Of a DNA stretch of 64,000 bases, positions 47,350-58,117 are shown piece by piece. Source of the stretch: Alphaproteobacteria bacterium (GTDB lineage: Bacteria > Pseudomonadota > Alphaproteobacteria > SP197); the NCBI GenBank assembly GCA_965228895.1, contig OZ245842.1, positions 1,856,001 through 1,920,000 on the forward strand. The letters run 5' to 3'. Under the pieces are notes generated by a model. It did no database searches and was not told the origin of the DNA. It was given only the letters and a program-made list of their open reading frames with translations. A program made the translations under genes and the position numbers. Positions within the stretch are counted from its first letter, which is position 1, and each line of letters begins with the position of its first letter.

Positions 47350-49422
47350 TTAAACGGCCGTGTCGAGATCAATGTATTCGCGGCGAAATGGTATGTCGGG
47401 ATTTGCTGGTGGCGAGTCCATCTCGCGAGCCGCTCGATGTCCGTCATGCACGGCGACGGCGATGATCGACGGAACATCGCAATCGCCAATCGCCTGGAGG
47501 GATTTGATGCCGGCCTCTTCGAGCTTTTCGCTTTCCTCGTCGAGAGCGCGGTAGAGGGCATCGTTGGGCTGACGGGACGTCACCATCACCACCGATTGGG
47601 CGGTGAGCGTGCGGGACCGAGAGGAGTACGCGCACGCGATTTCGACTGTGCCGTCACCAATTGCCTGAAGATTATGGCTGACGATGACCTCGATACCGAG
47701 CTCCAGCAGCCTCGACTGAATGCGATGCTGTTCCAGCGTGTTCTCCGTCCACGATGAAACACATGTCGCGGTGGTCACCAGGATCACGTCATGACCATCG
47801 TTGCGCAGCTTCTCAGCCACCACGCCGCCCATATAGAAGTTGTCATCATCGAATACGACGACCGGTCCGGTGATTTCCGCCCCTGCAATGACATCCTCGG
47901 GCGTGAAGACGCTGCTGCCGTTGGCACCGGGGATCGGCGCGGTGTTGGTGATGCCGACGCCGTCCTTTCGCCAGTGCGCCCCGGTGGCGACGATCACGTG
48001 ATCGAAACCGAACTCCAGAACATTTTCCGGCGTCAGGGCGCTATCCAGATAGACCTCGACATTCGGCATGTCCTGGATGCGGCCGACGCGCCAGTCGCGG
48101 ACGCGCGCCCAGGCGGAAAGGCCGGGCAGGCTGCTTTCCATGGTGACCCTGCCGCCGAGCTCAGTTGATGCCTCGGCCAGGGCGACCCGGTAGCCACGTT
48201 GGCCGAGCGCCCGCGCCGCTTCCAGGCCGGCCGGGCCGGCACCGACGACGAGGACGCCGTCGTCGGAACCCTTGTCGGCGATATCCTGGGGATGCCAGCC
48301 GCGCGACCACTCTTCGCCCATGGTCGGGTTCTGGGTGCAGCGCATGGGTGTCGACGTATGTTGACCGGCAACGCAGATGTTGCAGCCGATGCACTCGCGG
48401 ATTTCGTCGGCCCGGCCTTGCTCGATCTTCTTTGGCAAAAACGGATCGGCAATGGACGGCCGGGCGGCTCCGATCATGTCGATGATACCGCGCTTGATCT
48501 GGCTGACCATGGTGTCGGGGGAAGTGAACCAGCCGACGCCGACAACGGGTTTCGTCGTCACCGACTTGACGAAGGCGATATGTGACTCCTGGATGGTCTC
48601 CTCGCCGAACCGCGAGGTCACGGAATCATTCGCCCAGTCGGAGACGTTGACGTCCCAAAGGTCGGGCAACTCGGCCAGCATTTCGACGATCTCGCGACCT
48701 TCACCGTCGCTGGTAATGCCTTCGTCGCCGAGCAACTCGTCGACCGCGAGGCGGATGGCAATACCGCAGCGGTCACCGACCGCGTCCTTGGTGTCCTCGA
48801 TGACCTCGCGCAACAGGCGGACCCGGTTCTCCAGACTGCCGCCATACTCGTCGGTCCGATGGTTGCGGCGCATCTGCAGGAAGTGCATCAGCAGGGTCGA
48901 GTCGTGGCCTGCGTAGACATAGATGACATCGGTATCGGCCTGCTTGGCCCTGAGTGCCGCATTGCGGTGCCAGCGGCGGAATTCGCGAATGTCCGACTTG
49001 TCCATCCCCCGGGTCTGCGTCGGCAGGCCAATGATGCCCGCCTGGTGCGAGGGACCAAACGGTTTCATGCGCGTCCATAGGTTCTGGGTGCCGACCCCGT
49101 TATGGGCCAGTTCGACACCGGCCAGGGCATCGTGGCGGTGAACGGCATCATTCATCAGGGCCAGGCACTTGACGTCATAGTCGTCCCACAGCCGGGCCTG
49201 GGGCTCCGGCGAATAGTCCGACGACGGATGAATCATGCACTCCTCGGTGCAGACGACGGCCCAACCGCCCTCTGCCTTTATCTCGCGCATCTTGGCGTGG
49301 GTCTGGGGCCAGTTGAAGCCCATGCCGCAGCAGTGGGGTACCTGGTAGAATCGGTTTTTGGCCGTGACCGGGCCAATCGTCACGGATTCAAACAAGATGT
49401 CGTATCGGGGATCACGTGTCAT
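47350..49422 (-). CDS. Histamine/trimethylamine dehydrogenase-family iron-sulfur flavoprotein
   Basis: NRFYQVPHC, YVYAGH, RTDEYGGSLENR, RECIGCNIC...C and GAGPAG motifs. Confidence 0.9.
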   Translation of the reverse strand: MTRDPRYDILFESVTIGPVTAKNRFYQVPHCCGMGFNWPQTHAKMREIKAEGGWAVVCTEECMIHPSSDYSPEPQARLWDDYDVKCLALMNDAVHRHDALAGVELAHNGVGTQNLWTRMKPFGPSHQAGIIGLPTQTRGMDKSDIREFRRWHRNAALRAKQADTDVIYVYAGHDSTLLMHFLQMRRNHRTDEYGGSLENRVRLLREVIEDTKDAVGDRCGIAIRLAVDELLGDEGITSDGEGREIVEMLAELPDLWDVNVSDWANDSVTSRFGEETIQESHIAFVKSVTTKPVVGVGWFTSPDTMVSQIKRGIIDMIGAARPSIADPFLPKKIEQGRADEIRECIGCNICVAGQHTSTPMRCTQNPTMGEEWSRGWHPQDIADKGSDDGVLVVGAGPAGLEAARALGQRGYRVALAEASTELGGRVTMESSLPGLSAWARVRDWRVGRIQDMPNVEVYLDSALTPENVLEFGFDHVIVATGAHWRKDGVGITNTAPIPGANGSSVFTPEDVIAGAEITGPVVVFDDDNFYMGGVVAEKLRNDGHDVILVTTATCVSSWTENTLEQHRIQSRLLELGIEVIVSHNLQAIGDGTVEIACAYSSRSRTLTAQSVVMVTSRQPNDALYRALDEESEKLEEAGIKSLQAIGDCDVPSIIAVAVHDGHRAAREMDSPPANPDIPFRREYIDLDTAV

Positions 49423-49630
49423 CCAGTACTCCAGCGGTCGCCACGAAAGACAGGATTGCCCATTGCAGCCACCAAGTGTGAACTGTTTCAGACGATAAGA
49501 CTGTCGTCATCAAACTCATTGTTCAACGACGCAGCTCTCTCTCATGTCACTTGGGTGCCCGACAGGTATGCGCCGTCGCAGGTGCCTTGCTGACTACGTG
49601 AGCGACAGGTGCGGAATGCGGACGGTATAT

Positions 49631-50626
49631 CTAACCGCCGGTGACGCTCATGTGGCGTCCGACCGCAGGTTTGTTGTGGCGGCGGTCGATGACGAAGTCG
49701 TGGCCCTTGGGTTTGCGCGAGATCGCTTCGTGGATGGCGTCGATCAGGGGCCCATCGCTTTCGCTGGCGCGCAACGGCGTCTTCAGGTCGGCTGCGTCGT
49801 CTTGGCCCAGGCACATGTAAAGCGTGCCGGTGCAGGTCAGCCGGACCCGGTTGCAGCTCTCGCAGAAGTTATGAGTCATCGGCGTGATGAAGCCGAGCTT
49901 TTGTCCGGTCTCGCCGATCTCCATGTAACGCGCCGGTCCGCCGGTACGGTAGGGGATATCGGTCAACGTCCAGTTCTTCTTCAAGCGGCTTCTGACGACC
50001 GAGAGCGGCAGGTACTGATCGGTCCGGTCGCCGTCGATATCGCCCAGCGGCATGGTCTCGATCAAGGTCAGGTCGAAGCCGTTCTCGCCACACCATGCGA
50101 TCATGGTGTCGAACTCGTCCTCGTTGACGCCCTTCAGCGCGACCGCGTTGATCTTGACCGCGAGGCCGGCGGCCTTCGCCGCATTGAGGCCGTCCATCAC
50201 CTTCTCGAAGTGGCCCCAGCGGGTGATCGCCTTAAACTTCACTGCATCGAGCGTGTCGAGGGAGATGTTCACGCGCCGGACACCGGCGGCATAGAGGTCT
50301 TCGGAAAACCGCGAAAGTTGACTGCCGTTGGTCGTCACGGTCAGCTCTTCGAGGCCATTGCCCAAGTGGCTGCCGATGCCGTTGAAGAGCTGCATGATAC
50401 CCTTGCGGACCAGGGGTTCGCCGCCGGTCATGCGGATCTTTTCGACACCGAGCTCGATGAACGCCGCAGCGACGCGCTCAAGCTCCTCAAGCGTCAGGAG
50501 ATCCTTCTTCGGCAGGAACGTCATGTCCTCGGACATGCAGTAAACGCAACGGAAGTCGCAGCGATCCGTCACCGACATACGGATATAGGAAATCTCGCGT
50601 CCGAAAGGGTCGACCAGTCTGCTCAT
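49631..50626 (-). CDS. moaA: GTP 3',8-cyclase
   Basis: [27 protein letters not shown]...LYMCL and C-terminal GG. Confidence 0.97.
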   Translation of the reverse strand: MSRLVDPFGREISYIRMSVTDRCDFRCVYCMSEDMTFLPKKDLLTLEELERVAAAFIELGVEKIRMTGGEPLVRKGIMQLFNGIGSHLGNGLEELTVTTNGSQLSRFSEDLYAAGVRRVNISLDTLDAVKFKAITRWGHFEKVMDGLNAAKAAGLAVKINAVALKGVNEDEFDTMIAWCGENGFDLTLIETMPLGDIDGDRTDQYLPLSVVRSRLKKNWTLTDIPYRTGGPARYMEIGETGQKLGFITPMTHNFCESCNRVRLTCTGTLYMCLGQDDAADLKTPLRASESDGPLIDAIHEAISRKPKGHDFVIDRRHNKPAVGRHMSVTGG

Positions 50627-50721
50627 GTCCCGCCCTGGTAGGGGATTAACGAAATCATTGGCTTTCTTATATATGCGAGCCGTTCAGCCCACACAACCAG
50701 ACTGTTTTTGGGGTTTTGATC

Positions 50722-51357
50722 TTAAGAAACCCGCCACACCCAGCAGCGATGACGGATGTGCGGCTCGGAGTTGATCGACGGGAAGGGCTCGCCCGCCTCG
50801 ACCAACTGCCATTGGCCCGACTGTTGAAGCTCCTGCTGCTTGCCGGCGAAATCCGGCGGCTCCTCATCGGCGCGCAGGGTGTAGAGGATCAAGCCGCCCG
50901 GCTTCGTGATCCGCACCAATTCGTCCAGCGACGATGCCGGCGCGTGATTGGGCGTGAACACGCCGCACACCGTCACGGCGTCGTAGGTGTCGCTGTCGTA
51001 GGGCAGGGGCTTGCCCAGCTCCATGACCCGGCAGTCACGGTAGATGCCCTTCGCCCGGGCCACCTTCAGCATGCCGTCCGACAGATCGTTGGCGTCCATC
51101 GTGGTGAACCCCTTGTCAGCGAGGCGGTCCCCCAGCATGCCGGTGCCGGCGCCGGCATCACACAACGTCGCGGCGGGATCGACGTGGCGAGCGACGACTT
51201 CGGCAAGCTCGATGTGCCCGCACCAGCCGACATCGCTTTCCATGGCTGCGTCGTAAACGGCTGCAGCATCGTCATAGCGATCGATGAGCTGATCCTGGTC
51301 CTTGGCCTGATAGAACACCTTTGGATCGGCTTTAGCGTGTTTCGGACTAACGGCCAT
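50722..51357 (-). CDS. Class I SAM-dependent methyltransferase
   Basis: DAGAGTG, DLSDGML..AR.K..Y and ELVRITKPGG motifs. Confidence 0.87.
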   Translation of the reverse strand: MAVSPKHAKADPKVFYQAKDQDQLIDRYDDAAAVYDAAMESDVGWCGHIELAEVVARHVDPAATLCDAGAGTGMLGDRLADKGFTTMDANDLSDGMLKVARAKGIYRDCRVMELGKPLPYDSDTYDAVTVCGVFTPNHAPASSLDELVRITKPGGLILYTLRADEEPPDFAGKQQELQQSGQWQLVEAGEPFPSINSEPHIRHRCWVWRVS

Positions 51358-51597
51358 AGCGATCTCCTGGGGTGTGGGGCGACTGCCAACAGTTTTGGTC
51401 CGCTTACCCGTTATTGCAAATTGCTTTTACAAGCGGCTCCTGCTTAGGTTCTTCCGCCGCAAGGGCAGGGACAAGCATGACAGCCAAGAATGAGACCACG
51501 GTCGGCGGACCGCGCGCACCCGATACCGGTTTTCTGTTCCGCCAATAGGCGGCCCGAGGCGAACCCACCCCATACCGAGACGTTACGAGATACGCAC

Positions 51598-53703
51598 ATG
51601 TCGACCATAAATGACGGCAAGTCCCGGCTTGACGATCACTGGATGGCGCCGTTGCTGGCGCCCAGAACAATCGCCATTGTCGGCGCATCGAACCGCAAGG
51701 GCAGCGTCGGCGCCAACGTGATGGCCGCGCTGCAATCCGGCCGCTATGAGGGCCAGCTTTGGCCGGTCAACCCGCGCTACGAGAAAGTCGCTGACCTCGA
51801 CTGCGTGGGATCGATGGCGGAACTGCTGTCGCCGCCCGACCTCGCTATCCTTTCGGTCGCTTCCGAGCGTATGGAGGGCGTGTTCGCCGACGCGATCGAC
51901 CAAGGAGCGCGGTCGATCGTCATCTTCGATCCCTGTATGATCGAGGGCGATAGCAATCCCAAACTGCTCGACCGCTTGAAGGCGCGCGCGAAGGAGGCGG
52001 ACATTCCCGTCTGTGGCGGCAACGGCGTCGGTTTCTATAACCTGGAATCGCAGACCTTCGCCTGTTTCTCGCGGCCACTGGTGAACGAGGTCGGCCATAT
52101 CGCCGCCTTCTGCCACTCCGGCTCCGCGTTCGGCATGATCGGCAAGTTCGATCCCAGATTTCGCTTCAATCTGTTGACCTCTCAGGGCCAGGAGATCAAC
52201 GGGTCGGTGGCAGACTACATGGACTATGCGCTGGAACTCGACTCGACGCGGGTGCTGGCGCTGTTCCTGGAATCGGTCCGCGATCCCGAACGTTTCCTGG
52301 CCGTTCTCGAAAGGGCGCGGGCCAAGGACGTCCCCGTGGTCACGACCAAGGTCGGGCGCACCGCGCGCAGCGCATTCCTGGCGACCACCCATTCCGGCGC
52401 CGTGGCCGGCAGCGACAGCGCCTTCGACGCCGTCTGCGACAAGTTCGGCGTGTTGCGGACCGACGACCTGGACGGTCTGATGGCCACCGCGCAGATACTC
52501 GCCATGCCGCATCGTGCCGGGCCGGGCGAATTGGCCGCGGTGCTCGATTCAGGCGGTCTGCGCGAGCAATTGATCGACATGGCTGCCGACATGGGTGTGC
52601 CGCTCGCCGATCTGACGCCCGACACGACCAAAAAACTGCGCGCCCGGCTGCCTCATATGCTGGAGGCCGTGAACCCACTTGATGCTGCCGGACCGCTGCG
52701 CGACGACTATGAAGACATCATCATCGACAGCGTCGGCTACGTCGCCGGCGATCCCAATGCCGCGATCACGGCGCACGAGATCTACATGACCGATACGATC
52801 GCCGATGATTCGCCGCAGGCCGAGGCAGCGCTCACCATGGCCGAGCGATTCGGCAAACCGTTCATCGTCATCAACAGTTTCGGCACGACGTCGAACGCCC
52901 AGGTGGCCCGGCGCCTGATGGATGGTGGCGTACCGTTGATCAACGGTCTGCGCCCCGCACTGACCGCCATCCGCAACGCGTTTGCCTACCGCGATCGCCG
53001 GGATGTCACGGATACGCCACCGCAAGAGGCTGATGCCGGTGTCGTCGCGCCATGGCGCGATAAGTTGGGCGGCGGCGGCGCGGTGGACGAAACCATGGCG
53101 CTTGCCATGTTGAGCGACTTCGGCGTGCCGGTCGCACGCTCGACAACGTGTATGACTCTGGAAGAGGCCACGGCCGCGGCCGCGACGACGGGCTATCCGG
53201 TTGTGATGAAGACCGCGGAACCGGGGATCGCGCACAAGTCCGATGTCGGCGGCGTGCGTTTGGGCTTGAGCGATGACGATGAACTGGCCCAAGCCTATCG
53301 CGATATCGCCGGCCGCCTGGGTCCGCGCGTCACCGTTGCGGCCATGGTTCCACGCGGTGTCGAGCTTGCGTTCGGCATGGTGCGCGATGCCCAGTTCGGT
53401 CCGATTGTCATGGTCGGCGCCGGCGGCACCTTGATCGAAAGTCTCGACGATCGTTGTTTCGGCTTGCCGCCATTCGGTGAGGCGACGGCGCACCGTCTGC
53501 TCGGTCGCCTAAAGCTCGCGCCGTTGCTTGAGGGTGCGCGCGGCGCGGCGCCTGCGGACAAGGATGCCCTGGCTTCCGCTTTGTCGCGGTTTTCCGTGCT
53601 TGCCGCGGCGCTCGGCGATGTTGTCGCTGAAATCGACGTCAATCCGGTGATCGCCGGCCCTGATGGCGCGATTGCCGTCGATGCCCTGGTCGAAGTGGGC
53701 TGA
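51598..53703 (+). CDS. ADP-forming acetate/acyl-CoA ligase family protein
   Basis: IAIVGAS, PVNP, THSGA, NPLD, HKSDVGGV and EIDVNPV motifs. Confidence 0.9.
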   Translation: MSTINDGKSRLDDHWMAPLLAPRTIAIVGASNRKGSVGANVMAALQSGRYEGQLWPVNPRYEKVADLDCVGSMAELLSPPDLAILSVASERMEGVFADAIDQGARSIVIFDPCMIEGDSNPKLLDRLKARAKEADIPVCGGNGVGFYNLESQTFACFSRPLVNEVGHIAAFCHSGSAFGMIGKFDPRFRFNLLTSQGQEINGSVADYMDYALELDSTRVLALFLESVRDPERFLAVLERARAKDVPVVTTKVGRTARSAFLATTHSGAVAGSDSAFDAVCDKFGVLRTDDLDGLMATAQILAMPHRAGPGELAAVLDSGGLREQLIDMAADMGVPLADLTPDTTKKLRARLPHMLEAVNPLDAAGPLRDDYEDIIIDSVGYVAGDPNAAITAHEIYMTDTIADDSPQAEAALTMAERFGKPFIVINSFGTTSNAQVARRLMDGGVPLINGLRPALTAIRNAFAYRDRRDVTDTPPQEADAGVVAPWRDKLGGGGAVDETMALAMLSDFGVPVARSTTCMTLEEATAAAATTGYPVVMKTAEPGIAHKSDVGGVRLGLSDDDELAQAYRDIAGRLGPRVTVAAMVPRGVELAFGMVRDAQFGPIVMVGAGGTLIESLDDRCFGLPPFGEATAHRLLGRLKLAPLLEGARGAAPADKDALASALSRFSVLAAALGDVVAEIDVNPVIAGPDGAIAVDALVEVG

Positions 53704-53741
53704 GACTTGGCGTTGGCGCGACGGGTTCCCATACTCTTACG

Positions 53742-54617
53742 ATGACCGATTACATGGTGCGCCCCGACCCCGCCGACCCACGCCTGACACGGCGTGTCAG
53801 CGGCCGCGACCACGAGGGCAACAACGTCGAGACGTCCGTCACGATGGAACGGCCGCTGACGCTGTTCCTGAACGGCCAAGAGATCGTCACCATGATGACG
53901 ATCGGCGACTACCCGGAATACCTGGCGGTCGGTTATCTGCTGAACCAGAACATGCTGCGGCCCGACGATAAGATCACGGCCATCGACTATGACGATGATA
54001 TCGAGACCGTCGTCGTCAGGACAGCGCGCAAGACCGATTTCGAGGACAAGCTGAAGCACAAGACGCTGACCTCCGGCTGCGCCCAGGGAACCGTGTTCGG
54101 CGACCTCATGGAAGAGTTCGAGGATGTGAAACTGGATGCCGGCGCGCGGGTCCGGACGTCGTGGCTCTATGCGCTCTCGAAGGCGATCAACACGACGCCG
54201 AGCCTTTACCTGGAAGCCGGCGCGATCCACGGCTGCGTGCTCGCACACCAGGACCGCCCGCTGGTCTACATGGAAGATGTCGGACGCCATAACGCGGTCG
54301 ACAAGATCGCCGGTTATATGATGACCGAGCGTATCGCGCCGGACGACAAGATCTTCTATACGACCGGACGCCTGACCAGCGAGATGGTGATCAAGACCGT
54401 CAAGATGCGCATTCCCATTCTGGTCTCGCGCTCCGGCTTCACGGCCTGGGGTGTCGATCTGGCCCGCCAGGCCGGGTTGACCCTGATCGGACGCATGAAG
54501 GGCAAGCGGTTCCTGGTGCTGGCCGGCGAGGAGAGGCTGGTCTATGACGCCGATCTCGCTAGTCTAGGCGAGGAACCATCACGTCATCGTCGCAAGGGGG
54601 CCGAAGATGACAACTGA
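53742..54617 (+). CDS. fdhD: Formate dehydrogenase accessory sulfurtransferase
   Basis: TSGCAQG, GAIHG, EDVGRHNAVDKIAG and TGRLTSEMV.K motifs. Confidence 0.95.
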   Translation: MTDYMVRPDPADPRLTRRVSGRDHEGNNVETSVTMERPLTLFLNGQEIVTMMTIGDYPEYLAVGYLLNQNMLRPDDKITAIDYDDDIETVVVRTARKTDFEDKLKHKTLTSGCAQGTVFGDLMEEFEDVKLDAGARVRTSWLYALSKAINTTPSLYLEAGAIHGCVLAHQDRPLVYMEDVGRHNAVDKIAGYMMTERIAPDDKIFYTTGRLTSEMVIKTVKMRIPILVSRSGFTAWGVDLARQAGLTLIGRMKGKRFLVLAGEERLVYDADLASLGEEPSRHRRKGAEDDN

Positions 54618-55248
54618 CGACGTGGCGCACGACGCACCCGAAGTGGTTGGGGTCGTGCTGGCCGGCGGTTTGGCGCGGCGCATGGGCGGCGGCGACAAGG
54701 GTCTGTTGGAGCTCGATGGCCGGCCGATCCTGGATCATGTCATCGATCGGTTGGCCGGACAGTCGCGCATGGTCGTGGTGAACGCCAACGGTGATCCCGC
54801 ACGGTTCGCGCGCTGGAACCGCCCGGTCGCCGCCGACGTCCTGCCCGACAACCCCGGCCCTTTGGTCGGCGTCTTGACCGGTATGGATTGGACCGTCGCA
54901 AACCTGCCGGGTGTCGAGTGGATCGTGACGGTGCCGACCGATGCGCCCTTCCTGCCTCTCGATCTCGTTGAGGCGTTCTTGTCTGCCGTCGATCACCAGG
55001 GCGCCGATATGGCGTGTGCGGTGTCAGACGGTCAACGCCATCCGGTCTGTGGTTTGTGGCCCGTCAGCCTGCGCATGGACCTTCGCTCCGCGTTGGTCGA
55101 ACAGGGCGTGCGCAAGGTCGACAAGTGGACCGGTGGCTTCAAGGTCGCCGATGTCGACTTCTCGACCACACCAATCGATCCCTTTTTCAACGCCAACGAG
55201 CCGGCGGACCTCGATGAAGCCCATCGTCTCCTTGCCGCCAAAGCCTGA
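54607..55248 (+). CDS. mobA: Molybdenum cofactor guanylyltransferase
   Basis: LAGG..RRMGGGDK, GPL.G, PTDAPFLP and FFNAN motifs. Confidence 0.95.
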   Translation: MTTDDVAHDAPEVVGVVLAGGLARRMGGGDKGLLELDGRPILDHVIDRLAGQSRMVVVNANGDPARFARWNRPVAADVLPDNPGPLVGVLTGMDWTVANLPGVEWIVTVPTDAPFLPLDLVEAFLSAVDHQGADMACAVSDGQRHPVCGLWPVSLRMDLRSALVEQGVRKVDKWTGGFKVADVDFSTTPIDPFFNANEPADLDEAHRLLAAKA

Positions 55249-55260
55249 CCCGCAAGCACC

Positions 55261-55998
55261 ATGGCCGAGACGGCCGTCATCCTGTTTTTTACTTTCCTCC
55301 TTGCCGGTACCGTCAAGGGTGTCGTCGGATTGGGGTTCCCGACGGTTTCGTTAGCGCTCCTGACGCTCGCCTTCGGCCTCAAGGACGCGATGGCCCTGCT
55401 GATCGTGCCGTCGCTTCTGACCAACATCTGGCAGGCCGTTGTCGGTGGCGAACTGGGTGCGATCCTCAAACGGTTTTGGCCGCTTCTGGTGACGACCTGC
55501 ATCGGTGTCTTGGGCGGCGCCTGGATTCTCGCCGGTTCCGACGCTCTGGGACTGACCGTGCTGTTGGGCGTGCTTCTCATCGGTTATGCCGTCTACGGCC
55601 TCGCGACACCGGCCTTTCCGTCGCCCGGTCGACACGAGACGTGGCTCTCGCCGGTTGTCGGGCTGCTGAGCGGCATCGTGACCGGCCTTGTCGGAATCTT
55701 TCTTATGCCGAGTGTGCCCTATCTTCAGGCCCTCGGCCTCAAGCGCGATCACCTCGTGCAGGCGATGGGCGTCTTCTTTACCGTCTCGACGGCAGCACTC
55801 GGTATCGCCCTTGGCGGCTTCGGCCTGATGACCGGCGATCTCGCCGCATGGTCTGTCGCCGGCATCCTGCCCGGTATCCTCGGCATGGTCATCGGCCAGC
55901 GCATCCGCCAACGCCTCGACGAAAACCGCTTTCGCCAAGCCCTGCTCGGCGCGATCCTGGTGATGGGCCTCGTTGTCGCGGGCAACGCGTTATCGTAG
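55261..55998 (+). CDS. TauE/SafE sulfite-exporter family membrane protein
   Basis: AGTVKG..GLG.P and PSLLTNIWQ motifs; about 8 TM helices. Confidence 0.88.
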   Translation: MAETAVILFFTFLLAGTVKGVVGLGFPTVSLALLTLAFGLKDAMALLIVPSLLTNIWQAVVGGELGAILKRFWPLLVTTCIGVLGGAWILAGSDALGLTVLLGVLLIGYAVYGLATPAFPSPGRHETWLSPVVGLLSGIVTGLVGIFLMPSVPYLQALGLKRDHLVQAMGVFFTVSTAALGIALGGFGLMTGDLAAWSVAGILPGILGMVIGQRIRQRLDENRFRQALLGAILVMGLVVAGNALS

Positions 55999-56002
55999 GT
56001 CG

Positions 56003-56932
56003 TCACCGCCAGCGTGCGTCGTCGGGACAGTCATCGGCAGGTGGCGTTGATTCAAGCCCGTTGAGTGGCGCCACGATATCCCAGAAGTCGGCGCGTTGAA
56101 GCTGACAGAAGAACTCGTAGCGAAACGCGTCACGGCCTTCGAGCTCGGCAGGCCAGGTCATCGCGAGCAGCTCGTTCGCCACCTCAAGATTGCCGCTGTA
56201 CGTGAGATCGAGCAGGACGCCGAGAAATGCGGTCGGAACGGGAATCCGGTCATCCGTCCACTTCTTTTGCCACTGCTCATGGTTTCGGAATCTTTCGGCA
56301 ATCCTCCTCAGATAGTTCTGGTCAGGCGTCCCTTGACGCATCAGGTCGGGGGCGGGGACGTAGTCACCGTCGTGCCAGCGAAAGTACACTTGCGGCACGG
56401 GCGCGAAAGTGAAACCGACGTACCAATAGGCGAACGCATTCTCGAACTGGATCATCTCCATCCCCGGCTTGCCATCGAGCTGACGAAACCGCACGGGATA
56501 GTCACCGCCGCCGAAGGTGTCGATCAATCTGAGCTGCGACCCTGCTTCGAACAGCCAGAGTGCGAAACAGCAATGGGCGCCGCCGGTGTAGGACTCAAGG
56601 ATCAGGTTAGGTACACCGTCTCCGGTTATGTCGTCGCCCAACGCGATGTGGTCGTTAAACTCGGGATGGACCGACCAGTAAAAGTCCTTGCCGGCGAACA
56701 ACACATTGTCGGAGGCGGTGATAGAGATCGTGCTCTCGCCAACGTCCCGGAATCGTGTGATCTCGATGCGGTATTGGTTGACGCTCCATTCACGAGTCTC
56801 CCGGTGCGATCCATCGCGATATTCATCGCCACCCGCGATCGCGAGCGGTGCGGTCACCACCAAAACCATCATAACGACGGCATGCTCTATCGTTTTGCGA
56901 ATGCCGAGAGCAATCATCCGAAGGCACATCAT
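56003..56932 (-). CDS. Hypothetical secreted protein
   Basis: Signal-like N-terminus; DITGDGVPNL and QLDGKPGME FG-GAP-like loops; YTGGAHCC motif. Confidence 0.7.
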   Translation of the reverse strand: MMCLRMIALGIRKTIEHAVVMMVLVVTAPLAIAGGDEYRDGSHRETREWSVNQYRIEITRFRDVGESTISITASDNVLFAGKDFYWSVHPEFNDHIALGDDITGDGVPNLILESYTGGAHCCFALWLFEAGSQLRLIDTFGGGDYPVRFRQLDGKPGMEMIQFENAFAYWYVGFTFAPVPQVYFRWHDGDYVPAPDLMRQGTPDQNYLRRIAERFRNHEQWQKKWTDDRIPVPTAFLGVLLDLTYSGNLEVANELLAMTWPAELEGRDAFRYEFFCQLQRADFWDIVAPLNGLESTPPADDCPDDARWR

Positions 56933-57034
56933 GACAGGCCAACCCCACGCTCAAGCTGTCGATAACGCCTCAGCGTGACAGTCCAATTTGGCGAAAAATT
57001 GTCCACCATATCAATCAATGCGTGCGGTCGCGTG

Positions 57035-57838
57035 TCAGCCGAACCGCGCCAGCGTGATGATTGTCTGATAGTCGACGTGAAGGTGGCCGTCATCGGCGGC
57101 TTGAGGTTGAAGTGTTTCCTTCAGGTGCGTCATGACGTCGGCTTCGCTGCGTTCGCGCATGGCGACCTTGAAGTGGGATGTCGAGCGGACGTAGCCGATG
57201 AAGTCGTCAACCGTTCGCCGCCAGGTCCACGTTTCGATCAGCCGTCGGACGTCGCGGGTCGCGGGGTGGCCTACCAGTTCGCCTTCGCAGTCGAAGTCGC
57301 GATAGCCACGGTGATAACCCGGCGCCAAATGCTTCAAGGCGATTTCCAAAGCCCGGGCGACCGGGCGATCCAGGACCCGGTTGTTGTAGAGGACCGCCAG
57401 CGCGCCGCCGGGGTGCAGCACACGCGCGCATTCGTCATAGAAGGCTGGGCGATCGAACCAGTGGGCGGCCTGCCCGACAGTGATGAGATCGAGGGACCCA
57501 TCGGTAACGGGCAGGCTTTCGGCATGGGACGCGAACCAGGAGAGGTCAAACCCGGCGGGCGTGATGCCGGCGGCCGTGCGCAGCATGTCCGCGCCCGGTT
57601 CGGCGCCGATGAGGACAGCGCCTGGAAACAGCGGGCGCAGTGCACGGGTTAAGATGCCGGTGCCGCTGCCAAGATCGAGCACGTACCGCGCATCGCCGGC
57701 ATAGTTGGCCAAGTCTTGCAGGGCCTCTTCGCTGTAGTGCGGACGGAAACGGTCGTAATCGTCGGTCAGGCCGTCGAAGATTTTTCCAGGATCGGTCCAG
57801 TGTTGCGACCACACGTGTTTTCCATGGCGGCTGGTCAT
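57035..57838 (-). CDS. Class I SAM-dependent methyltransferase (type 11)
   Basis: YDRFRPHY, VLDLGSGTG, GQAAHWFD and LHPGG motifs. Confidence 0.88.
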   Translation of the reverse strand: MTSRHGKHVWSQHWTDPGKIFDGLTDDYDRFRPHYSEEALQDLANYAGDARYVLDLGSGTGILTRALRPLFPGAVLIGAEPGADMLRTAAGITPAGFDLSWFASHAESLPVTDGSLDLITVGQAAHWFDRPAFYDECARVLHPGGALAVLYNNRVLDRPVARALEIALKHLAPGYHRGYRDFDCEGELVGHPATRDVRRLIETWTWRRTVDDFIGYVRSTSHFKVAMRERSEADVMTHLKETLQPQAADDGHLHVDYQTIITLARFG

Positions 57839-58117
57839 GGCGTGTGAACCGCTAGGACCATAGGCCCGGATCGTCATGGCTGACGATCTGGCACACCGTC
57901 GGCGCCTCGACGACGGTGTTTTTGTTGACGCTTTGCGCCGCATCCTGATTGCGACAACTTGGGCTTATGATTGCAGTCTCTTCACGAAAGGTTACCGCCG
58001 ATCACCGCCCTAGCCGGGCCGGCGACCGAACGTTAGCATGAGCCGGGCTGACGTTGGAGGGGCAATGACGTCAACGGAGCGCGTGATGCAGGTCCATGAA
58101 GCCGATCGGCCGTGCAC

